Source of the DNA: Scyliorhinus canicula
Lineage: Eukaryota
Direction: 5' to 3'
NCBI RefSeq assembly: GCF_902713615.1
Contig: NC_052161.1
Location: 26,549,908 to 26,613,907, forward strand
DNA length: 64,000 nt
A program made the position numbers and the translations under genes. Within the stretch, counting starts at the first letter, position 1. Each line of letters opens with the position of its first letter. The notes beneath the pieces were generated by a model. It did no database searches and was not told the DNA's origin. It was given only the letters and a program-made list of their open reading frames with translations. Shown here piece by piece: positions 12,780 to 24,100 of the stretch.

Positions 12780-14045
12780 CGGGACGGTGGCACAGGGGTT
12801 AGCACTCCTGCCTCATAGCGCCAGAGACCCGAGTTCAGTTCCGATCTTGGATGACTGCCTGTGTGGACTTTGCACATTTCCCAGGTTTACTCTGGGTATT
12901 CCAATTTCCTCCCACAGGACAAAAGATTTGCAGGTTTCGGTGGATTGGCTGTGCTCAAGTTTCCCTTAGTGTCCAAAAGGTTAGTTGGGATTATAGTGTA
13001 GCCACCGAAGTTGGCCATTTCCCTGAATACAAAATGGAGGAACGCAAAGCATGTAGGATAAAATGGACAATGTTTGCAGTGCCAGCAGGCTGCACCTAGC
13101 AGGTATGGATTCTGTCTGCTAAGAAAGCAGATAGCACCGAAACAAACATTCCGCATACTAATGAGGCAATCTCGGAGATAGTTAGCATGTTAATGGAATG
13201 ATTCCAGAGACAATGGACACAAATGGGGAAGTAACTGCAACATTGTAAAGGACACCAGACACCCAGGCACCAGCAGGGTTCGAAAACAAAGAGCCTGAAA
13301 GCCCGCCCAGTAGCTAAGGAATAGCCTCAGTATTGGGGGGATTCAAACATATCGATTGGGAAGAGACCCAATCGATTCCAAACAGGTAAGGGAGTCCGCC
13401 CAAAGGGGCGCGGGTCCCTGGGACCTATAAAAGACAGGTTCCACACATGGTTCAGCCTTCTCGTCCAGCCCTCCTCTCTCCTTGACCAGCCCTCCCCTGT
13501 GGACCAGCACCTCGACCAGCTTTTGCCAAGAAGACCTTGAACGAGAGAGAGGAGAGGTTTCGGACAGCAGCCGCCAGCAAGTGTCTCACAACGATCGCTA
13601 CCAGAGATAGACACTCCTGACCCCTTTTTAACCTATACCAACCTGAAGTCTGCAGACCACAGCAGAGCAAGAGGCCTTGTTCCCTGATCCGGCAGTTCCT
13701 TCGAGATAAGTATTAGTTTATTTAGCGGTAGGAATAGTTTAATCCTCTTAACGTATGCATGGGTAGTTTTATAATTGTATTATAATAAACTCAGTTGTTT
13801 GAACTTACTAATTGGTGTATGGTTTTATTGCTTTGAACTTCACCTTGAAACTTGTGGCGGTATCTTAACGATACCTGGCGACTCCAGAGCTAAGTAAAGA
13901 AACAGAGCCAAATTGAGTGTTAAGCACACTCACCCAGAACGGGCAACAATAGGGAGGGGTGTCCTCCTGGGTAGAGTTCCCTGTCAGGGTGTCGTTGCAG
14001 ACTCGATGGGCCGAATAATCTTCTGCACTGTAGGGATTCTGTGAA
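12780..14045 (+). mobile_element. Degenerate V-SINE interrupted by a solo LTR
   Basis: Head and V-domain at 12780-12996; tail GACTCGATGGGCCGAA...GCACTGTAGGGATTCT at about 13950-14045. Confidence 0.8.
12997..13948 (+). mobile_element. Solo LTR (952 bp)
   Basis: TGTAGCCAC...GGGCAACA termini, 4-bp TSD ATAG (12993-12996 and 13949-13952), CCTATAAAAG at about 13425, AATAAA at about 13785. Confidence 0.88.
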
Positions 14046-15011
14046 ATTATGGAGGTCAACTGTCCAGCATTCCTTATCATACCAAAAGCAACCCTCTCGA
14101 ACTCTGTAAAAGAATTGGGCTTGTGGGAAAGCAGGGATAACAGGGCTGAGTGGCCAGTGTCAATTGGCAGGTTAGCCAGCTCTGAGAAAGTACTCCTGCT
14201 TCCCAAGGCCCACAAGCAGTGCTATAAAAAGCATTATATTTTGCGGGCATTCTAATTCTCCTCCTCCACCAATATAGTTAGGTTCAGGGTAAGAGTAGAC
14301 ATGTCCTGCGCCTCAACCACCGACAAACTCTCGGGTTTCACCAAAGCCAACTCAAAAGATTTGAAAATCCTATCCCCCACCTCATATAAAGCCAAACATA
14401 AAACTTCCTTTCCTGGAAGGACTTTGGGTAAAATGACATCCTCCCAGAAATTCGGGTCATGGCCCCCATTTCACTTGTTCTTCGATAACAGCCAGCTAAG
14501 TATTCAGTGAGCCTACCCACTAGAGAACACAGTCCATTCTAACACAAGCAAGCAGGCTAGCACAGCTATTGCTCCCAAGCATGGCGTGCTGTGTCATTTA
14601 ATTCATCCAACGTCATGTACACCATATTCCAATCAGAAATGTAACATCTATTCGACTTGACAGAGCTCACAGCCTGGGACTGGTTTTCTTTTAGCGTATC
14701 ATTACATCCACACTGTTTTTTACTCTGGGAAACAGTGGGGAAGTGGTGGGAGGACTCCTGAGCTGGTTATTAGCCCTTTCAGCCACATTATGAATATGAG
14801 CCAATATGTCCTGACGTTGGACTCAAACCCGAAGCTGCTGGTCCAGTGTAAGGATGCTACTATTGCGCCATAAGGTCGCCACCTGGGCTGATGAAGACTA
14901 GTTTTTTTTATCATTCCAACTACTGTTCATTATCTGAAACAACAGGGCATAGTATGGTAGGACTGATAAATGGTCACTGACCAGAACTCTTCCACCACAA
15001 ATCAGAATAGC

Positions 15012-15309
15012 ACAGCACGGCAGCACAGTGGTTAGCATTGTGACTTCACAGCACCAGGGTCCCGGGTTCGATTCCCAGCTGGGTCACTATCTGTGCGGAG
15101 TCTGCACGTTCTCCCGTGTCTGTGTGGGTTTCCTCCGGGTGCACCGGTTTCCTCCCACTAGTCCCGAAAGACGTGCTGTTAGGTAATTTGGGCATTCTGA
15201 ATTCTCCCTCTGTGTACCCGAACAGGCGCCGGAATGTGGCGTCTTGGGGCTTTTCACAGTAACTTAATTGAAATGTAAGCCTACTTGTGACAATAAAGAT
15301 TATTATTAT
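15012..15309 (+). mobile_element. V-SINE variant with the alternative (ATT)n tail
   Basis: HE1-like head and V-domain followed by GTCCCGAAAGACGTGCTG...CCGAACAGGCGCCGGAATGTGGCG...GACAATAAAGATTATTATTA. Confidence 0.85.
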
Positions 15310-15559
15310 AGGGGACAGTCATTTAGCCCATCTGGTCGCTGCCAGCCTTTTTGTAGAGCAATGCGGTAAGGTGTGGCTATCTGTGAAGGACTGATAGAGA
15401 GACAATGCCTTTTCAGGAATCTCTACTCTAGTGGTGGCACTGTGGTTAGCACTGCTGCCTCACAACGCCAGGGATTCGGGTGCGATTCCCACCTCAGGAA
15501 ACTGGCTATGTGAAGTTTGCACCTATTCCCTGTGTCTTTCAACATCATCCTATTAAAGT

Positions 15560-16202
15560 CATTGACAGACTAGAATATTTACATTTTATGTTGTCAAAAA
15601 TCAGAACTACTTGCACAATACAAATAGAGAGGATGGATAGGTTATGTTCTTGATAATTTTGGAAAGCTAAAAATGTAGTCTTCAAATCTGTATTTGTGCT
15701 ACTTGTTACTGTATGAAATCATGGCCTTGGATCCAGTGAGCATCTGATTAAAGAAAACTTGCAATTTGGACATCAATCTAATTTTAATAATTATTCTAAA
15801 AAAATACACGGTCTGAAAATACAACTTAACTAGAACTAAATTATTGTAAAGAATCATTCAATCTTATAAATGCATGTACAAATTTGATCAATGCTGCATA
15901 TAAATCACAATTTAACTAAAGTTTCATTTGAGGCGGTTTTGTTCAATTGAGATGTTGAAGTAAAACAATGAAGTTTTAAAGCACAGGATAAAGAGGCACT
16001 TGTTATTAGATATGGGCAGCATTAACATGGATTGCTTCCATCTGGTTTACTAGTAAGCAAAGTTGCAAATGGTCCGAAATCTTTAAAGGGGATCTCCTTC
16101 CCATTTTCGATGGGAAGAAACATATATTTTTTTTTAAAACTGCTTCAAGCTTTTTCTTCACGCATTTGAGGTTTCAGAGCTTTTCGATGACATGTTGTCA
16201 AC
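15560..16202 (-). other. Probable terminal (3' UTR) exon 5 of the TGOLN2/C5orf15-like gene; 3' end approximate
   Basis: Strong acceptor gctctcttccttcag at 16203; AT-rich unique sequence; pairs with the donor after the stop codon at 19691. Confidence 0.55.
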
Positions 16203-16912
16203 CTGAAGGAAGAGAGCACATTATAAATTATTAGATTGAATTTGATTCCATTCCATTGCTGCCGTTGCAATTTTTGAAACTGCCCACCAGGAGGATGCTA
16301 TTTAAACATAAAAACCTTCCTGGCTACCTGTCTGAGGAAGCCTGGCCAGGGATGTAAACATCAGTGCCAAACCTGGAAAAAACACTCACTCTTTGAGTTG
16401 AGCTACATGTCAACATGACTCATGTCAGCCAGTAGATGTGGTCACATCCCACCTCTGAAAAAGGCAGACGATGTGATTAAGAGTGAAGGCTGTCATGTGT
16501 GGCTATTCTCATGAAGCAACGTGACAAGACTGGAAGTTTTCCAGTCAGTGAGGAAGTGCTTTCTCTTCCCTACAAATCCCAGTTAGAAGGGAAGCGATAA
16601 GATTCAGGAACAAAAGCTGCCAGTCTATTGATACAATCATTACTGGTAAAGTTCAGTTAAATGTTACCGATAACTACCAGTGCAGCTAAATCAGTCTTGT
16701 CACACTGAAGATAGATTAAAAGACACCTCAGTGTGAACGTAATCTCTGGTATTGGGGGTGAACAGTTAGAAGGAAAAGTCACAAAAGGGTTTCAGAAGGC
16801 ACATCAAAACTGTAGCAAAATCCCATCAGCAATTTTGCCAAGGCTACCTTCTTAGGCCAGGAAAAGGCAAACATGCCTCGAGTACAGTAGTAACAGTAGG
16901 ACTGCAGTAACA

Positions 16913-19440
16913 TTGTTGGGACTTTACTACAGGCCTCCCAAAAGCGAGCATGAAGTAGAGGTACAAATATGCAGACAGATTATAGAAAAATGTAGGAGCA
17001 ATAGGGTGGTTGTGATGGGAGATTTTAACTTCCCCAACATTGAATGGGACTCGTGTAGTGTTGGAGGCGTAGATGGAGCAGAGTTTGTAAGGAGCATCCA
17101 GGAGAGTTTTTTTAGAGCAGTATGTAAATAGTCCAACTCGCGAAGGGGCCATACTGGACCTGGTATTGGGGAATGATCCCGGCCAGGTGGTTGAAGTTTC
17201 AGTCGGTGATTACTTTGGGAATAGCGATTACAATTCCGTAAGTTTTAGAATACTCATGGACAAAGACGCGAGTGGTCCTAAAGGAAGAGTGCTAAATTGG
17301 GGAAAGGCAGAGTACAACAAAATTCGGCAGGAGCTAGGGACTGTGGACTGGGAACAGCTGTTTAAGGGTAAATCCACATTTGAAATGTGGGAGTCTTTTA
17401 AGGAAAGGTTGATTAGAGTGCAGGACAGACATGTCCCTGTGAAAATGAGGGATAGAAATGGCAAGATTAGGGAACCATGGATGACGGGTGGAATTGTGAG
17501 ACTAGCTAAGATGAAAAAGGAAGCATACATAAGATCGAGGCAACTCAAAACTGATGAAGCTTTGGAGGAATATCAGGAAAGTAGGACGAATCTCAAACGC
17601 GCAATAAAGAGGGCTAAAAGGGGTCATGAAATATCTTTGGCTAACAGGGTTAAGGAAAATCCCAAAGCCTTTTATTCGTATATAAGGAGCAAGAGGGTAA
17701 CTAGAGAACGGATTGGCCCATTAAAAGACAAAAGAGGGAATTTATGCGTGGAGTCAGAGGAAATGGGTGAGATTCTTAATGAGTACTTTGCATCGGTATT
17801 CACCAAGGAGAGGGTCATGACGGATGTTGAGGCTAGGGATGGATGTTTAAATACTCTAGGTCAAGTCGTCATAAGGAAGGGGGATGTTTTGGGTATTCTA
17901 AAAGACATTAAGGTGGACACGTCCCCAGGACCGAATGGGATCTATCCCAGGTTACTGAGGGAAGAGAGGGTCGAAATAGCTGGGGCCTTAACAGATATCT
18001 TTGCAGCATCCTTGAGCACGGGTGAGGTCCCGGAGGACTGGAGAATTGCTAATGTTGTCCCTTTGTTTAAGAAGGGTAGCAGGGATAATCCAGGGAATTA
18101 TAGACCTGTGAGCTTGACGTCAGTGGTAGGCAAACTGTTGGAGAAGATACTGAGGGATAGGATCTATTCACATCTGGAAGAAAATAGACTTATCAGTGAT
18201 AGGCAGCATAGTTTTGTGCAGGGAAGGTCATGTCTTACAAACCTAATAGAATTCTTTGAGGAAGTGACAAAGTTAATTGATGAGGGAAGGGCTGTAGATG
18301 TCATATACATGGACTTCAGTAAGACGTTTGATAAAGTTTCCCATGGTAGGTTGATGGAAAAAGTGAACTCGTATGGGGTTCAGGGTGTACTAGCTAGATG
18401 GATGAAGAACTGGCTGGGCAACAGGAGACAGAGAGTAGTGGTGGAAGGGAGTGTCTCAAAATGGAAAAGGGTGACTAATGGTGTTCCACAGGGATCCGTG
18501 CTCGGACCACTGTTGTTTGTGATATACATAAATGATCTGGAGGAAGGTATAGGTGGTCTGATTAGCAAATTTGCAGATGATACTAAGATTGGTGGAGTTG
18601 CAGATAGCGAGGAGGACTGTCAGAGAATACAGCAAAATATAGATAGATTGGAGAGTTGGGCAGAGAAACGGCAGATGGAGTTCAATCCAGGCAAATACGA
18701 GGTGATGCATTTTGGAAGATCTAATTCAAGAGCGGACTATATGGTCAATGGGTCCATTGTACCCTGAAGGTGGCAATGCAGGTTGATAGAGTGGTCAAGA
18801 AGGCATACAGTATGCTTGCCTTCATCGGACGGGGTATTGAGTACAAGAGTCGGCAGGTCACGTTACAGTTGTATAGGACTTTGGTTAGGCCCCATTTGGA
18901 ATACTGCGTGCAGTTCTGGTCGCCACATTACCAGAAGGATGTGGATGCTTTAGAGAGGGTGCAGAGGAGATTCACCGGGATGTTGCCTGGTATGGAGGGT
19001 GCTAGCTATGAAGAAAGGTTGTGTAGATTAGGATTGTTTTAGTTGGAAAGACGGAGGTTGAGGGGGGACCTGATTGAGGTGTACAAAATTATGAGAGGTA
19101 TGGACAGGGTGGACAGCAACAAGCTTTTTCCAAGAGTGGGGGTGTCAATTACAAGGGGTCATGATTTCAAGGTGAGAGGGGGAAAGTTTAAGGGAGATGT
19201 GCGTGGAAAGTTTTTTACGCAGAGGGTGGTGGGTGCCTGGAACGCTTTGCCAGCGGAGGTGGTAGAGGCGGGCACGATAGCATCATTTAAGATGCGTCTA
19301 GACAGATATATGAATGGGCGGGGAACAGAGGGAAGTAGACCTTGGAAAATAGGCGACAGGTTTAGATAAAGGATCTGGATAGGCGCAGGCTGGGAGGGCC
19401 GAAGGGCCTGTTCCTGTGCTGTAATTTTCTTTGTTCTTTT
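16913..19440 (+). mobile_element. CR1-clade LINE (HER1-like), 5'-truncated ORF2 (EN C-terminus plus RT) with frameshift and small deletion
   Basis: GLYYRPP, MGDFNFP, YRPVSLTS, DFSK.FDKV, GVPQGSVLGP, KFADDTK, RPHLEYCVQFWSP; 3' tail GGGCCGAAGGGCCTGTTCCTGTGCTG shared with HE1 SINEs. Confidence 0.95.
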
Positions 19441-19711
19441 TGTACAAGCATTTGTTTCTACTGCTTCCTCAAGATAAGGAGCATAAGTTTCAGAGTAAAA
19501 ATAAACCACAGGTGTAAACAACCGCAGACAGGCAGTAAGCTTTCTATAAATGTTCCATGAAACAAAAATGCAAAAACAACTAGGCCCAGGGGCCCAACTT
19601 GGACGCTGAATAAAGCCACCCACAATCAATGTATTCAGTTAAACTTATTAGATGCAGATAGATTTCAAAATCATTTTATGAAAACACATACCTCTTTAAG
19701 AACTTTGCCGC

Positions 19712-19837
19712 TTAATCAAGATTTCTTTTTTTCAGACTGACAATTATTTCACTTAAATTCTGATCAAGCCGTTGATATTCCGATACATTCGGACGTCTAG
19801 TTTTTCTGTAGCTATTTTTCTGACACACGGCAGTGAT
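19712..19837 (-). CDS. TGOLN2/C5orf15-family gene, coding exon 4: cytoplasmic tail ITAVCQKNSYRKTRRPNVSEYQRLDQNLSEIIVSLKKRNLD*
   Basis: Acceptor aatttcag|ATC in phase 0; SEYQRLDQ matches the TGN38/TGN46 SDYQRLDQ YxxPhi motif; stop TAA at 19712-19714; donor AG|gtatgt 20 nt downstream. Confidence 0.92.
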   Translation of the reverse strand: MTAVCQKNSYRKTRRPNVSEYQRLDQNLSEIIVSLKKRNLD

Positions 19838-21199
19838 CTGAAATTAATTAAATACATAGTAGAAATTGTTCTGTTTAAAACTCAGTCTCTGGCCATTGGT
19901 GAAATAACCTGTCTACCGCGGCATAATTCAACTCACTTTGTCGATCTGAAAACAGAGTTTTGAACCATCAGGAGAGTAATTTTAACTTGAGGTGAACACT
20001 GCACCGTCAACTTTTTACACGCGGACTTTAATAAGAGTAAAATCAGATGGGGTGTAAAATTGGTTTCCTGACAAGACTGTTAAATGACTCGCTGATCCCA
20101 TCCCAGCCTCTGTTTAAATACATGGATCTACTCCCATCCCAGCCTCTGTCATGGACCCGCACATACATATTACAAAATTTAAAACAATTTTTTAAAAGTT
20201 AGCTATAAAGCTGTTAAGTTAACTGCAGCATACCATAGGCAGATAAACAGACTTTTGGCATTTGAACAGTCGGATCAGCAGCCAATACCTTTTTAAAGGG
20301 GTTTGCAGGAAACTGATCACCAGGAACATTCAAGGTCAGTGGGTGTAGGATGAACATGAAATGGATCCCATCAACCTTTCATTGTATTGTGATAGCCCCT
20401 CATCCAAACACAAAGACCTTGGCTGTCTGAACCGTGTTAAAAAGCCACAATGCAGGATGTTTATCTGCCTAACACACCGAAAAGAGGAACTGAGACATCT
20501 CTGGATAGTAATCCAATTGGTTTTTTTTCTTCATCTGTATCAAAACTTTGTGTGAGTGATAGTGTGTGCGTCATCACTTTGTAAACATCGGGGTGCAAGT
20601 GTTGGATCATAAATATTTTTCTAATGACACAGAGGAGGCTGTCAGTGTGATCCTAGTTGGGAGGACGTCTCACCAGGCCCTGCTTTTAATCTTTGCTCAT
20701 AGCGAGCCCCAAGTGATTGGCCTCCATCTCTTACCTGGGAAGCTCGTACCCCATGAGCCCCACAGGGAGATCAATGATGGTTTCGCTGTGGGCCTCGTGG
20801 AGACTATGCCTATTGTAAAACTCAAAAGGCTTGCTGCTGGATATATTTTTATTTGGGACAACCAGGGGGCAGTGTCAACATTTCATACAAAACATTTTGA
20901 TCACGGACGATAAGAAAAGACTAGTTTGTACCCAAGGAATTTCATCCCATTTTGGATGGTTCAGTGTGGGTGGATAGGGAGGAAGAACAAGGCACCATCC
21001 GTTTCTAAACTGGTTCTAACAATTTAACAAGAAAGCCCTCATAATGGGCTTTTCCTGAGTTGATAGGTGCTGGGGGCAAAATGGTTGACGAACTAGCTTG
21101 ATGACCATTGTTAGTTCTGCCCACCACATAGCCATCAAAAATATAGTGGCAGCAGTATAAGTGGAGCCCACAACAGCCCCACCATTAAAACTTAGATTT

Positions 21200-24100
21200 C
21201 GGACTTCCGGTGGCGGCTATGAAGGAGTAAGTCGCAAATTTGGTGGCTCCCGCTCTGGTCAGACTTTTGGACCTTTCCCCCTGACTTTTTTTCGGTTTGA
21301 AACTGTAAATTCGAAGGCTGAGGCAATTGGGCACCGTTTCCACGTATCGGTGTATGGAGAAAAGAACCAGAAGTGCACGAAAAGGCAGAAATAAAAAGAC
21401 AGGCAAGGGCTGGGCTGAAGCTGCGGCAGAAGGTGGCATGGCCAAGGACCGGGCCCCTGGTGTGTTGGCCCAGCGATCAAAAGAGGAGTTGATGCAGGTC
21501 ATCCAGGACGGCTTTGCCAAGCAGAAACGGAACTGCCTGGACACGATAAAAGAGTCGATTAATCGGCTGAAGCACAGATTGGACGCCCAGGATCGGGCGA
21601 TCCAGAAGTTTGAGAAGGTACTGGCTGAGCAGGAGGAGCATCAAACTGTGTGGAGCTGGAGGTGGGGATGTTGAGTGGTCTGAGGGAGCTGATGCTGGGG
21701 CATACATAGCGGCTATTTTCGAGAAGCTGCTGGGGGAGGGGACATTCTCCCGACCCTTGGAGGTGGACAGGCCGTACTGAGCGCTTGCGAGGAAGCCGCG
21801 AACGGGGGACCCTCCGAGGGCAATGGTGGTGAGAATCCACAGGTTCCTGGACAAGGAATGTATTCTTCAGTGGGCGGAGCGATCGCGGAGCTGTAAGTGG
21901 GACAACAGTATCCTGCGGGTTTAACAGGACCCGAGTGTGGAGGTGGCCGGGAAAAGGGCAGGCTTCAACCAAATTAAGTCAATCTTTTTCAAGAAACAGG
22001 TGAAGTTTGGACTGTTGTATCCGGCTCATCTCTGGGTTACAAAAGAGGACCAGCATCATTATTTTGAGTCATCCGAAGACGCGCTGGACTTCACAAACAG
22101 AAAAGGACTGGTGGTGGACTGAGAACTTTAGAACTTTCTTGCAGCTTTTTGGCTTATATTTGGGTTTTTTTCTCTTCTGTTTTGGGTTCTGTTTAAGAAG
22201 GGGGGAAAAAAGTTTTTGTTTTCGTGTTTTCTTTCTGATGAATGTTAGCAATGCTGTTTGCTTTGATTTGCACTTTTGTGGGATGGAGAAGTGCTTGTTT
22301 GGATTTCTGTGTTTTTCTTTCAGTTGGGTGATTGTGTGGGGATCGTTAGATGAGGGAATTTGTTTGTATGAGCGGGGGGGGGGGGGGGGGTGGTGGAGGG
22401 GAGTGAGGGAACAATAGGTGGGAGATTATCTGGCGCCAGTGGCTAGGGCCACCAAGCTAGCTGGGTGAGCTAGCTCACGGAAGCGCAGTGGGGGGGGGGG
22501 GGCAGGTGCATTTGTTTAGTTTATTGTATAGATTATGTTTCAGAGTGGTGTTGCTGGAGGGGGAGGTGGGGGTCGTTGTTCTGCTGACGAGGGAGAGACT
22601 TCGGTTGAAGGACAGAGAGGAGGTCGGTGGCGGGGGGCGGGGGGGGGGGGTGGTGGAATCCGGGCTGGAGGAAGCGCGGTGCATGGGCTGGAGGTGGACC
22701 CAAGAAAGGGGATGGCTGATCGGCGGAGGGGGGGGGGGGGGGAGAGCACTGTGTCCCCCAACTAGGCTGATCACTTGGAATGTTCGAGGGCTAAATGGGC
22801 CAGTTAAGAGGGTACCTGTGTTCGCGCACCTGAGGGGACTGAAGGCGGACGTGGCAATGTTGCAGGAGACGCACCTTAGAGTAGCGGACCAGGTGAGGAA
22901 ACGCTGGGTCAGTCAGGTCTTCCACTCGGGGCTGAAGACAAATACTAGAGGGGTTACGATCTTGATTAATAAGCGGGTGATATTTGAGGTGGGCAGAATA
23001 GATTCGGATGTGGGGGGGGTCGATATATTATTGTGAGTGGTAAGCTGGAGGGGATGAAGGTAGTGTTGGTTAATGTATATGCTCCAAATTGGGATGACGT
23101 GGAATCCATAAAGAGGATGTTGGGGAAGTACCGGACCTGGACTCGCACAAGCTGATCATGGGAGGGGATTTTAATACAGTTATTGATCCCGGCCTGGATC
23201 GGTCATACACGAAAACAGGCAGGGTTCCAGCAATGGCAAAGGAACTGAAAGGGTTCAAGGTGCAATTGGTGGGGGGGGGGTCCATGGAGATTTAGGCAGC
23301 TGAGGGTGAAGGAGCTTTTCTTCTTCTCCCAGGGGTGGTGGACACGGGTACTCGGCGATTAAAATCTCAGACCACGCTCCACACTGGGTTGACCTGCAGG
23401 TTAGTAAAGATAGTAATCAGTGCCCGCATGGAGGTTAGATGTAGGGATGTTGGCGGACGAAGCGGTGTGCGAGACGCTGAGGAAATGCATACAAAATTAC
23501 CTGCAAGTAAATGAAATGGGAGAGGTCTCAGCAGCAGTGGTCTGGGAAGCGCTGAAGGCAGTGGTGAGAGGAGAGCTGATCTCGATCCGGGCTCATAGGG
23601 ACAGGACGGACAGGGCAGAGACAGACCGACTGGTAAAAGAGATTCTACAAGTTGACAGGAGATATGCGGAGAATCCAGAGATAGAGCTTTTAAGGGAACG
23701 GCGGAGGCTACAGGTGGAGTTCGGCTTGTTAACCACAGGGAGGGCAGTGGAACAGGTCAGAAAGCGAGGGGGGTGATCTACGAGCACGGGGAGAAAGCCA
23801 GCAGGATGCTTACACAGCAGTTCAAAAAGAGGGAGGTAGCTAGAGAAATAGAGAAAGTTATTGATGAGGATGGGAACTAGGTTGGGGATTCGGCAGGGGT
23901 AAGTAAGGCGTTTAGGGATTTCTACAGCAGGCTTTACAGGTCGGAGCCCCCTGCAGGGCTGGAGGGGATGAGGCACTTCCTGGAGGGGTTGACTTTCCCG
24001 AAGGTGGACGGGGAGCTGGTAGAAGGACTGGGGGCCCCGATCGGGTTGGAAGAGATAGTGGAGGGCTTGAAGGCCATGCAGTCGGGTAAAGCCCCGGGAC

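Noticed and set aside
20566-20913. 115-aa and similar short intronic or intergenic ORFs
   Set aside because: No motifs or compatible splice sites; most have non-ATG starts or derive from SINE/LINE sequence
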